From: Chlamydiota bacterium
Lineage (GTDB): Bacteria; Chlamydiota; Chlamydiia; Chlamydiales; FEN-1388
DNA length: 64,000 nt
Assembly: GCA_013287775.1 (NCBI GenBank)
Contig: JABDDE010000004.1
Span: 2,232-66,231 of the forward strand
Direction: 5' to 3'
This document shows positions 52,564 to 60,956 of this stretch, one piece after another (the first letter of the stretch is position 1; each line of letters opens with the position of its first letter). A program made the translations under genes and the position numbers. The notes under the pieces are model-generated. The model had not been told where the DNA came from and did no database searches. It saw only the letters and a list, made by a program, of their open reading frames with translations.

Positions 52564-55500
52564 TTAATCCTCGTGCTCGCTCATATACCCATCTGACTCA
52601 CTGTCGCTATTGGATCTAGGATTCACACGCACCTCTCTGAGCTCATGCCCTGTAGGAATAATCGACTCACTAAAGCCCTCACGTAGCACTTTGAGCCGCA
52701 CAAGTATGTGGCGAAGCACTTCTGCCTTGATACACACGCGACCATCATCGCTAACTTCTCGTATGGACATACCATACTCTTGTTGCCTCAGTTGTTCAAG
52801 GGCATCCTCAATACGTTGCCCTTCTTGTATTGGCAGCTCATCTTTAAGCGCTTTGTGGATCTCATCAGAGCTTTTGTTTTGCGTCTGCATCTCTGCAAAG
52901 CGAGCCTTCAGGATATCTACAACCTCATTCGTCCATCCTGAGGACAAAACGCGCTGGCACCATGCAACACACTGATCTCGTAGATCGCTGTCTTGGTTGA
53001 TATCAGACGCAATGTATTCGTAAATTGCCCCAGGCGTATAGCGACCAAAAAAGCGTATACGATCTCGCTCTCCTAGAAAACTGCCACCCATGGAAACTAT
53101 GCCATCAAGAGAGGCCTCACGTGCCACTTCAGCGCCTGAAATGCCGAACTCTACCCCTAATTTGCGCACGACTTCGCTGTAGTATACTACGCTCTCCTCC
53201 GTTTGTGGCACTAGCGCCGACTCCACTAATTTGCCTCGAAATTCATCAATCTTTTGATAGATTATATTATCAAACGTTTGGGGGATTCCTTGTACCATTT
53301 CTCTATAGCAAGAAATCGCTGTATTTTGAATTCGTGGTCCACAATGCCCTGAAGCATTCACGATATCAATTAAGAAACGCTTTTTATCTGCTTGCGCCTC
53401 CCCTGTAGCACCTTTATTATTGATAGCCCGTATCGTATGCTTCAATGCGCGCTCTATGGTACCATAAAAGGCATTCAAAGCATCTGTCCCTTGTCGAGGC
53501 GTGCCAATAATCGCAATTCGATCAGTGATGTTACGTATGCACAAGCTCAGACTACTTCGAAGATGGGTAAGATAGGCGGCAGGTAGCTGCTCTGCAGTGG
53601 CAGTAGCAACCTCTTCTGCACTCCTCTCTCTATTTTCTACTTGAATATCGCGTCTTAAGGCATTGCGCATTGGCTCCACCTCAAATTCCTGAGTAAAAAT
53701 ACGCACGCGCTCATCATGCGAAAGATGTCCGATGGTGGTATCAAACCAATCAATAAGAGAGGAGAGGGCAACAGTATCTGGGGCAGCAGGAATATCGAGA
53801 GTCACACTCCTTCCTTGGTAATGCCATAGATCCACACTGAAGTCTAAACACAACCTTGCACCGTGAATGAATTGTTTTACTAAAGGATGTGAAGCTATCG
53901 GGTTTGCTAAAGAGCGCTGTAGTATACCAACATTTGTCACTTTTCGTAAAAGACACAGAACTGTCTGTCTTGCTTGAAAACACAGCTTTTCCGTCTCCAG
54001 ACATGCTTCCACTGCAGCGGCTACTGCATTCTCGTCTTCTTGATACCGTATAGTAGATTGCGCTGCCTCGACAAGCTGCAAAGACTCACTACCAACCTCA
54101 GCAAGCATGCGTAGCTTTTGTTCGGCCTCTACGGGCAACAGTGCTTCGAATAGCTCCGGTCCTGCAGCTGCAGCATAGAGCAACATCGATTTACCGAAGG
54201 GATTTCTTGCTTGTATATCTATTCCTGCTCGCATAAGCTCGCAAGCTACTTGAATAAGGTTATTCTTACAGGCATACATGAAAGCGGTTTCATGATAGTC
54301 ATTCATCGCCGTGATATCCGCACCTTCTTCAATCAGCCGTAAGGCAACGCTTGTGTTTTTTTTCCAACATGCTTTTATAAGCGGCGTATCTTTAAACCTA
54401 TCGCACGCATCGATATCAGCACCTTCTTCTATCAACCGTATTGCAGCGCAATCAAGTCCTGATTGACAGGCATACATGAGCGGCGTACCGCTATATTTAT
54501 CTGCTATATTGATAAGCGCACCCGCTTCGATCAGCTGCATAGCCACTTCGCCAAAACCTCTCTTGCAAGCAGCTATGAGTGGCGTATCTCCCTCCGACAC
54601 AACAATAGTATTCACAGAAACCCCATTTTCAATAAGCCGCTTTACGACCCTAGAAAGACCTCCAAAACATGCCAAGGACAATGCGCTATCCCCTTTACTA
54701 CTGACCACATGTTCATTAACCCATACTACATCAAGAAGCTTGAGCGCAATCTCTTCACGTCTAAATAAACAAGCATGCATGAGCGCAGTCCAGCCTTTTG
54801 CATCTTTAGTGTTAAGAGCTGCACCTGCAGCAATCAGCCGAAGCACTACTTCTGTAGCATAGTCGTTCTGACAGGCCCACATCAGGGCTGTCATACCCCC
54901 ATTATCTTGAACATCAATATCAGCACCTGCATCAATGAGGCTTATGGCCACTTGTAGGTTCCCACATATGACTGCTTTGATCAGAGGCGACTCACGGGTT
55001 ATAGGATCTCTTACATCCACATCAACCCCTTCATCAATAAGACGAAGTGCTATCTGAGGATCAGTCGCTAAGTCAAGCGGCCGCCGTCCATTCATATTAG
55101 GCCGATCAATTGCCACTCCCTGATCGATAAGTGCGAAAGCAAGGGAGGAATTCCCCCACCCGATTGCCACTCCTAATAAGGATTCTCCACTTTCAAAATG
55201 GGCAGTATCTATGGCAGCTGCATCTATATCATCTTGCCGCCGTAAAATCCTGAGTGCCTTGTTGACAATGTTTCCATGAATTTTGCTACTTTTTTGCACG
55301 GCATTGTGAATACCCCGATGAACAGCAGCAGAGCCAAGTGACCGCATCATGGTATCTCGAGTAGTATACGCAATACGATATACCCTGAACGCACACTGCA
55401 TCATCTCGTCCAGCTCAGCAAGAGATGCGGTTTTTATCTTTTTTCCTAGTACTTGGCAGAGCTGCTTTACAGCAGTAGCGGTCTCGGTAGCTACGTCTCT

Positions 55501-55632
55501 ATCCACACGCTCTGCAGGGACAACAGCGAGCGATGTGTCCCGTGGCGTATATCGCAGAGTAAGCTGCCCTGCAGAATTCGCTAAATGATCAACAAATGAT
55601 GATATAAAATTACTATTATTAATATTAAACAT
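52564..55632 (-). CDS. Ankyrin-repeat protein (about 10 ANK repeats) with a large uncharacterised C-terminal domain
   Basis: Repeats such as GMTALMWACQNDYATEVVLRLIAAGAALNTKDAKGWTALMHAC and GDTPLIAACKRGFGEVAMQLIEAGALINIADKYSGTPLMYAC. The C-terminal approximately 520 aa have no motif I can name. Confidence 0.85.
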   Translation of the reverse strand: MFNINNSNFISSFVDHLANSAGQLTLRYTPRDTSLAVVPAERVDRDVATETATAVKQLCQVLGKKIKTASLAELDEMMQCAFRVYRIAYTTRDTMMRSLGSAAVHRGIHNAVQKSSKIHGNIVNKALRILRRQDDIDAAAIDTAHFESGESLLGVAIGWGNSSLAFALIDQGVAIDRPNMNGRRPLDLATDPQIALRLIDEGVDVDVRDPITRESPLIKAVICGNLQVAISLIDAGADIDVQDNGGMTALMWACQNDYATEVVLRLIAAGAALNTKDAKGWTALMHACLFRREEIALKLLDVVWVNEHVVSSKGDSALSLACFGGLSRVVKRLIENGVSVNTIVVSEGDTPLIAACKRGFGEVAMQLIEAGALINIADKYSGTPLMYACQSGLDCAAIRLIEEGADIDACDRFKDTPLIKACWKKNTSVALRLIEEGADITAMNDYHETAFMYACKNNLIQVACELMRAGIDIQARNPFGKSMLLYAAAAGPELFEALLPVEAEQKLRMLAEVGSESLQLVEAAQSTIRYQEDENAVAAAVEACLETEKLCFQARQTVLCLLRKVTNVGILQRSLANPIASHPLVKQFIHGARLCLDFSVDLWHYQGRSVTLDIPAAPDTVALSSLIDWFDTTIGHLSHDERVRIFTQEFEVEPMRNALRRDIQVENRERSAEEVATATAEQLPAAYLTHLRSSLSLCIRNITDRIAIIGTPRQGTDALNAFYGTIERALKHTIRAINNKGATGEAQADKKRFLIDIVNASGHCGPRIQNTAISCYREMVQGIPQTFDNIIYQKIDEFRGKLVESALVPQTEESVVYYSEVVRKLGVEFGISGAEVAREASLDGIVSMGGSFLGERDRIRFFGRYTPGAIYEYIASDINQDSDLRDQCVAWCQRVLSSGWTNEVVDILKARFAEMQTQNKSSDEIHKALKDELPIQEGQRIEDALEQLRQQEYGMSIREVSDDGRVCIKAEVLRHILVRLKVLREGFSESIIPTGHELREVRVNPRSNSDSESDGYMSEHED

Positions 55633-55728
55633 AAAAACCTATTTTGTATTGAAACACAGAAATAAATTATTACATAATTTTGAGTTTATATCAACAAGAA
55701 TTGAGGTGTGTGACGAATTGAGGTGTGT

Positions 55729-56658
55729 GAGAAGGAGAACAGCAGGAGAGAGCTTGGGGAGTCAAAGTTGTGACAGTAACAAGCGTGGGCTGTTTTTTTT
55801 ACAGGGAGAGCTGCAAGAGAAAGCTTACAGAGAGAGCTTGTCAGAGGCGTTAGGGGTGTTTGGGGGTGCTGGTGGTTACGGTCTGGACAAAGAGATTGAG
55901 AGAGTGCTAAGAGATTATTATGGGCTTACTAAGAAGCATCAAAGAAGCTCAATGGTGTCAACTTAGGAAAACGCATAACATATCATGCTTCTAGCGTTTG
56001 AATGGCCTGTCACATTACCTTAACACCTATTTCAGAATGCTATTTTAAGATGGATAGTGCTCGCCTTGGTGACAAAGAGAATGGAGAGTTTAGAGGAGAA
56101 TAAGAGTGGACGCAGGATCTTACGGTATGGAGAGTTACAAGTATTGGGAGTTTTTTTTAAGATGGAGGTCTCAGAGATGCAGAGAGGAGTCGGGGCTGTG
56201 CGATGCATTTTTCCGCTGGGAGCGGAAAAGTCCAGGCATATAAAAATAGATTCAACGACTATGGACTAAAGTCCATAGAATGCGCAATTAATAACTGAAA
56301 GTTGGGTACTAAAGTCTTTGACTGGAAGTCAAGAGTTTTGACTCACGATATGATACAATAAAAAATTTATTTGTCAGTCTATTTTTATATGTCTGGGCTT
56401 CAACGAGCGTATGCTCGTTGAAAATGCATCTTTGTTGCTTCTTATAAGCCCTCAATGATCCCTCAGCTTTCTCTCTAATCTCCCCACTACCCAAACCTTC
56501 CTCACCAATGCCTCTAGCACCCCACACGCCTCTGACAAGCTCTCTCTGTAAGCTCTCTCCTGTGGCTCTCCCTGTAAAAAAAACTACCCATGCTTGTTAC
56601 TACCACAACTTTGACTCCCCATCCTTTCTCTTGCCACTCTCTGCTGTGGCTCTCTCTG
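55729..56658. repeat. C-family long palindromic element, expanded copy (core 56202-56430 with an apical insertion; an extra inverted arm at 55790-55935)
   Basis: The terminal inverted repeat pairs GGGGAGTCAAAGTTGTGACAGTAACAAGC (55756-) with GCTTGTTACTACCACAACTTTGACTCCCC (56593-). Positions 55790-55935 are the reverse complement of 56440-56590. Confidence 0.85.
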
Positions 56659-57390
56659 TTAATAATATGCCTTGGCAAGATTCTCAGGCGTAAAAACATC
56701 CTCTTTTGATCCTGCAGCAATAAGACGCCCTTTTAGAAGCACCATCCAATCAAAATAACGCCCAGCCGTATTCAAGTCATGATATACCATACAGATGGTC
56801 TTCTGCTTCTTTACCATCTTCTGGAGGATGTCTATAATAATTTCTTCACTTGTATGATCAACCCCTGAGAGAGATTCATCAAGAAAATACATATCGGCAT
56901 CTTGGAGGAGCGCTCGCGCTAAAAAGGCGCGCTGCTGCTCGCCTCCTGAGAGTTCGCTAATCTGACGATCGAGGTATTTGAGCATGCCAACCATCTCAAG
57001 ACACTCTCTGCAGGCATCAACATCGGCTTTCGTAATCCAGCGAAACCAGCCAATACGAGGATAGCGCCCCATGAGCACAAGATCCTTTACGGTAATGGGA
57101 AAACGCCAGTCAATGGTTTCACGTTGGGGCAGATATGCAATGCGCCCAGCACTCGCTTTAAATGGCTTTCCAAAAAACAAAACGGTTCCCGAGACTGGTT
57201 TTATAAGCCCGACTAGGGTTTTGATGAAGGTGCTCTTGCCGGCACCGTTAGGACCCAAAATGCCTATCAACTTGCCTTGTGGTAGATCCAGCGTTATGTC
57301 TGAAAGAGCGGTAGAGCCATCATAGCGAACCGTAAGATCTCGAACTTCTATTGCGCTATTTTTGCCATTCATGAACGAGCACCTCAACAT
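56659..57390 (-). CDS. ytgB: Metal ABC transporter ATP-binding protein (TroB/YtgB-like)
   Basis: GPNGAGKST, LSGGEQQRAFLARAL, YFLDESLSGVD. Alternative ATG at 57372. Confidence 0.85.
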   Translation of the reverse strand: MLRCSFMNGKNSAIEVRDLTVRYDGSTALSDITLDLPQGKLIGILGPNGAGKSTFIKTLVGLIKPVSGTVLFFGKPFKASAGRIAYLPQRETIDWRFPITVKDLVLMGRYPRIGWFRWITKADVDACRECLEMVGMLKYLDRQISELSGGEQQRAFLARALLQDADMYFLDESLSGVDHTSEEIIIDILQKMVKKQKTICMVYHDLNTAGRYFDWMVLLKGRLIAAGSKEDVFTPENLAKAYY

Positions 57391-58357
57391 TATGTTGCAT
57401 CATCTCGGCATAATCACCAGCTTTCCCCATAGAATCTGCATATAAAGCTTTAGAAGCAATACAGACAATATGATTCTTCCCTGAAGCTGCGTCTTGAAGC
57501 TTTTTTATAGAATCGCGACTTACATTCGATTCCGTAAAAATAACATGAATAGAGTGCTGCACAATGTACTCTACAATCCGCTGGATATCAGCAGTACTCA
57601 TCTGGCTCTCGGGTGCCAACCCCTCTGGTGCCTGGCAGCGCCTTCGAAAGCTCTCATCTACACACTCTGTCGGCTCCGCCAAATAACGCCTGGTAAAGTA
57701 GGTAAAGGCATCATGAGACGTGACAAGATACCTCTTGGCTTCAGGAATTGCACGCAGCTTGCTTTGTAGAGTACATGAAAGCTCTTGAAGGGCGAGCATG
57801 CTGGCTCTGCAGTTTTCTGCAAATTGAGGATTTGGGCGTATTTTATTGAGCTCTTCAGCAATAAAAGGGCATGTCTCGGAGAAAAGATACATATCCATCC
57901 AAATATGCGGGTCAGCAACACCATCGGCATACAGTACACTCTCTGGATGCATTTGCCGCACATACTCACCAAGGGAAAAAGCTTTGGCACTTGGCTCAAG
58001 ATAGCGATGCAAACTGGGCCCATGTTCTAGCCCAAGGCCGTTATAGAAGACAATATCCGCGCGGCTAAACTTTTCATCATCGCCTTTAACAAGCTGATAC
58101 GAATGCGGATCATGCTCGCCTCGTATAAGCGTCAGGCAATCTATAGCATCGCCCCCGACTCGCTGCACGACATCTGCAACCATCGACGTCGTGCATAGCA
58201 CTTTTATTTTTCCATTATCGGCAAACCATTTTTGTAGCTCTTCTTGATGCCCTTCTTGACGAAAACTCTCATCACGTGTACAACTAAAGCTTAGTAGTGA
58301 GAGTGCTACAACGAAAATACAAGAGACAAATATAGTATAAAGGAGGCGATACAACAT
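57356..58357 (-). CDS. ytgA: Metal ABC transporter substrate-binding protein (TroA/ZnuA/YtgA-like)
   Basis: It has a signal/lipoprotein-like N-terminus (LLSFSC). Motifs: KVLCTTSMVADVVQRVGGD, GEHDPHSYQL, ADPHIWMD. Confidence 0.85.
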   Translation of the reverse strand: MLYRLLYTIFVSCIFVVALSLLSFSCTRDESFRQEGHQEELQKWFADNGKIKVLCTTSMVADVVQRVGGDAIDCLTLIRGEHDPHSYQLVKGDDEKFSRADIVFYNGLGLEHGPSLHRYLEPSAKAFSLGEYVRQMHPESVLYADGVADPHIWMDMYLFSETCPFIAEELNKIRPNPQFAENCRASMLALQELSCTLQSKLRAIPEAKRYLVTSHDAFTYFTRRYLAEPTECVDESFRRRCQAPEGLAPESQMSTADIQRIVEYIVQHSIHVIFTESNVSRDSIKKLQDAASGKNHIVCIASKALYADSMGKAGDYAEMMQHNVEVLVHEWQK

Positions 58358-58446
58358 AATCTTAAAAAACCATTATAACCTACCCCGCCCCTTGTTTTCA
58401 AGCATGGCGAAAAAGTATTAATATTTGCACTTGACGCAATTTGTTA

Positions 58447-58472
58447 TTGACGGAATTTGTGAAATATGTCAA
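58447..58472. promoter_or_regulatory. Candidate operator palindrome in the divergent ytgA / 58587 intergenic region
   Basis: TTGACGGAATTTGTGAAATATGTCAA, with TTGAC/GTCAA ends and an ATTT-GTG-AAAT centre. It is preceded by a second TTGACG at 58431. Confidence 0.25.
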
Positions 58473-58586
58473 TATCGTAAGCCCAAATTAAAGTAATGAG
58501 TCTGCAAAAAAACAGACTTTAAACAGATTGCTTGATCAAAAACCGAACTTTTTCGATCAAGCACTCAACATAAGGAATAAAATAGT

Positions 58587-59084
58587 ATGACAACTATGCA
58601 AAAAGATAAAAAACAAGACGCTATGATAGCTACATCAAGCGTCGAACTTGAAAATCTTATTGAAAATGCCATTAAAAAAGTGGGTGCCCGTAATGAAACT
58701 GAGCTCTGCAAATATTTGCCGATGCCAGATGGGTACATGCACCATTTTACACTTCGTAAAATGAAGCACAAACATCCTGAAGAACTCACGAAGATGATTA
58801 ACACCTTTATCATCGAAACGCAAAATCCTCAGGCTGTTCCTCCAAAACAACGCGCTCCTCGCGGCTCAAAAAAACGCAAAGATCACATTGTTCTTACAAA
58901 AACGGAACTCGATGATATTTTAGCACTAGCAAGGAATTCTGGTCTTAAAGATATTGTAAGTAAGCTCGTTCCAAAAAGAGAACTGCGTACCATCAAGCGT
59001 GAACTGTCAAGCGCTATACGCAATAACATCGTCGATCAAGAACTGTGGAATGCTTATTGTGAAAGCGTCTGTCAGCAGTCCTAA
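58587..59084 (+). CDS. Hypothetical small basic protein, possible DNA-binding regulator
   Basis: 165 aa. It has an HTH-like segment (ETELCKYLPMPDGYMHHFTLRKM) and a basic patch (KQRAPRGSKKRKDH). It is the first gene of an operon with ispF. An EUO-like identity is only a guess. Confidence 0.45.
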   Translation: MTTMQKDKKQDAMIATSSVELENLIENAIKKVGARNETELCKYLPMPDGYMHHFTLRKMKHKHPEELTKMINTFIIETQNPQAVPPKQRAPRGSKKRKDHIVLTKTELDDILALARNSGLKDIVSKLVPKRELRTIKRELSSAIRNNIVDQELWNAYCESVCQQS

Positions 59085-59087
59085 GAG

Positions 59088-59591
59088 ATGAAAAAGCCAA
59101 ATTCTATTGTTCGCTCTGCCATTGGGCAGAGCGTGCATCGTTTTGTACCGCCTGATACGGCAAAGCCATGTATTATTGGCGGTATTATTTTTGATAATAT
59201 GCCTGGTTTTCAGGCAACTTCTGATGGCGATGTGGTATTTTATGCTTTATGTAATGCTATATCAACGCTGACACATGTGTCTATCATTGGCGGCTATGCC
59301 GATGAGCTGCTCGCAAAAGAAGGTATTACAGATAGTAGCGTATTTCTAAAAGAAGCGGCCAAAACGCTCAAACACCAAAAAATTACTCATATATCCCTCT
59401 CACTCGAGGCACAAAGACCTCTTTTGAAGGAGGCTATCCCACAGATGCGCAAAAAAATTGCCCAGGTGCTTAAAATTTCAGAAGATCTCGTTGGCATCAC
59501 AGCGATTTCTGCAGATGCCCTTACCGAATGTGGCTGTGGCAATGGCGTCAGCTGTCTTGCTGTTATAACCACTCAAGAAGATATCCAATAA
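59088..59591 (+). CDS. ispF: 2-C-methyl-D-erythritol 2,4-cyclodiphosphate synthase homolog (atypical metal-ligand residues)
   Basis: AIGQSVHRF..CIIGGIIF..PGFQATSDGDVVFYALCNA aligns by eye with E. coli IspF (IGHGFDVHAF..IIGGVRIP..GLLAHSDGDVALHALTDA). Confidence 0.7.
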   Translation: MKKPNSIVRSAIGQSVHRFVPPDTAKPCIIGGIIFDNMPGFQATSDGDVVFYALCNAISTLTHVSIIGGYADELLAKEGITDSSVFLKEAAKTLKHQKITHISLSLEAQRPLLKEAIPQMRKKIAQVLKISEDLVGITAISADALTECGCGNGVSCLAVITTQEDIQ

Positions 59592-60725
59592 ATGTCAGGC
59601 TTTGATCGCAATACCCCTTTTCTTTGCAAGCTGCTCACCCGCTATCCCCTCAATACTGCCTCAAGCTCAAGGCAAACATGGCATGTAGTACTCGACCTTC
59701 AGGACTCTCAGATTCTGTATGAGCCTGGTGATAGCATTGCAGTACTGCCGCAAAATGACCCCCAAAGAGTGCAGGGTATTATTAGAGCGCTGCATGCAAC
59801 CGGCAATGAGCCTGTAACCACCAGCACAGGGCAGATTTTTTCCTTGGAACATTTTTTACTCTATAAGGCCAATATTGCAACTGCTACCAAAAAACTCCTC
59901 TCAGCCTGCAATGTCTCGTTTGACTCTGAAAGTGATACTACAGCTTTGCAACAATACATCTCGGCACATGATGTGTATGAAGTCATTACAGAAAATAACG
60001 CCCGCCTTCCTCTTGATGTCTTTACCGCTACTCTACAACCCCTTTTGCCCCGTTTTTATTCCATTGCCTCTTCACAGCGCTCAAATCCAGAAACCGTAGA
60101 CCTCACGGTTGCCTATGTCAGCTATAGCGTGCATGGAAAAGAGCGCCGAGGAGTCTGTTCGCATTTTCTGTGTGATCTTGTGCCACTGGGTAGCCCCACT
60201 GTCCCTATCTACCTCCAAAAAAGCCGTGACTTTCACCTGCCTCAAAATAATATGGTACCTATCATCATGATAGGGCCTGGCACTGGCGTTGCCCCTTTTC
60301 GCGCCTTTATGCAAGAGAGAGAGAGACAAGAGAGAGCGCTACAAGAGAGAGCACTACAGGAACACTCAGGGAAAAACTGGCTCTTTTTCGGAGAGCGAAA
60401 CAGGCAGAGTGACTTTTTCTACGAACAGTATTGGCAAGAACTGGTATTAAAAAATTTACTTACCATAGATACGGCATTTTCGCGCGATCAAGAAGAAAAA
60501 ATCTACGTCCAGCACCGTCTCTGGGAAAAAAGAGTAGAGCTGTTTACCTGGATTGCTGCAGGCGCTGTCTTGTATGTATGCGGAGATGCTTCGAGGATGG
60601 CCAAAGACGTTGACCACACCCTCCACCGCATTGTCCAGGAAGAGGGCCGCCTCTCAGAAGATGAGGCCAAAGCCTTTATAAAACGGCTTAGGCAAGAGAA
60701 GCGGTATCTGCGAGACGTCTACTAA
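59592..60725 (+). CDS. FAD/NADPH-binding reductase (CysJ / diflavin-reductase C-terminal half, no flavodoxin domain)
   Basis: RFYSIASS, GPGTGVAPFRAF, LFFGERNRQSDFFY, YVQHRL, YVCGDASRMAKDV, C-terminal YLRDVY. The start directly abuts the ispF stop. Confidence 0.8.
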   Translation: MSGFDRNTPFLCKLLTRYPLNTASSSRQTWHVVLDLQDSQILYEPGDSIAVLPQNDPQRVQGIIRALHATGNEPVTTSTGQIFSLEHFLLYKANIATATKKLLSACNVSFDSESDTTALQQYISAHDVYEVITENNARLPLDVFTATLQPLLPRFYSIASSQRSNPETVDLTVAYVSYSVHGKERRGVCSHFLCDLVPLGSPTVPIYLQKSRDFHLPQNNMVPIIMIGPGTGVAPFRAFMQERERQERALQERALQEHSGKNWLFFGERNRQSDFFYEQYWQELVLKNLLTIDTAFSRDQEEKIYVQHRLWEKRVELFTWIAAGAVLYVCGDASRMAKDVDHTLHRIVQEEGRLSEDEAKAFIKRLRQEKRYLRDVY

Positions 60726-60733
60726 TTTGATAA

Positions 60734-60788
60734 GTGGTCAGTCTCCCTACATCACCCCCTGCGGGGGTGATGTAGGGAGACTGACCAC
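60734..60788. repeat. Perfect 26-bp-stem palindrome
   Basis: GTGGTCAGTCTCCCTACATCACCCCC-TGC-GGGGGTGATGTAGGGAGACTGACCAC, followed by A7. A second hairpin, CTCATGAGCTCC-GCA-GGAGCTCATGAG, lies at 60928-60954. Confidence 0.8.
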
Positions 60789-60956
60789 AAAAAAATAGCG
60801 CACATAGTATAATTAAAGACATATGTAGGAATTTAGACGACTTCTGGGAACAGATGGGAGTAAATCCTCGTGCTCTCGATTAAATATGATGCATCAAATC
60901 AATACAGTGACTGCATTTTTTGTAATTCTCATGAGCTCCGCAGGAGCTCATGAGGA

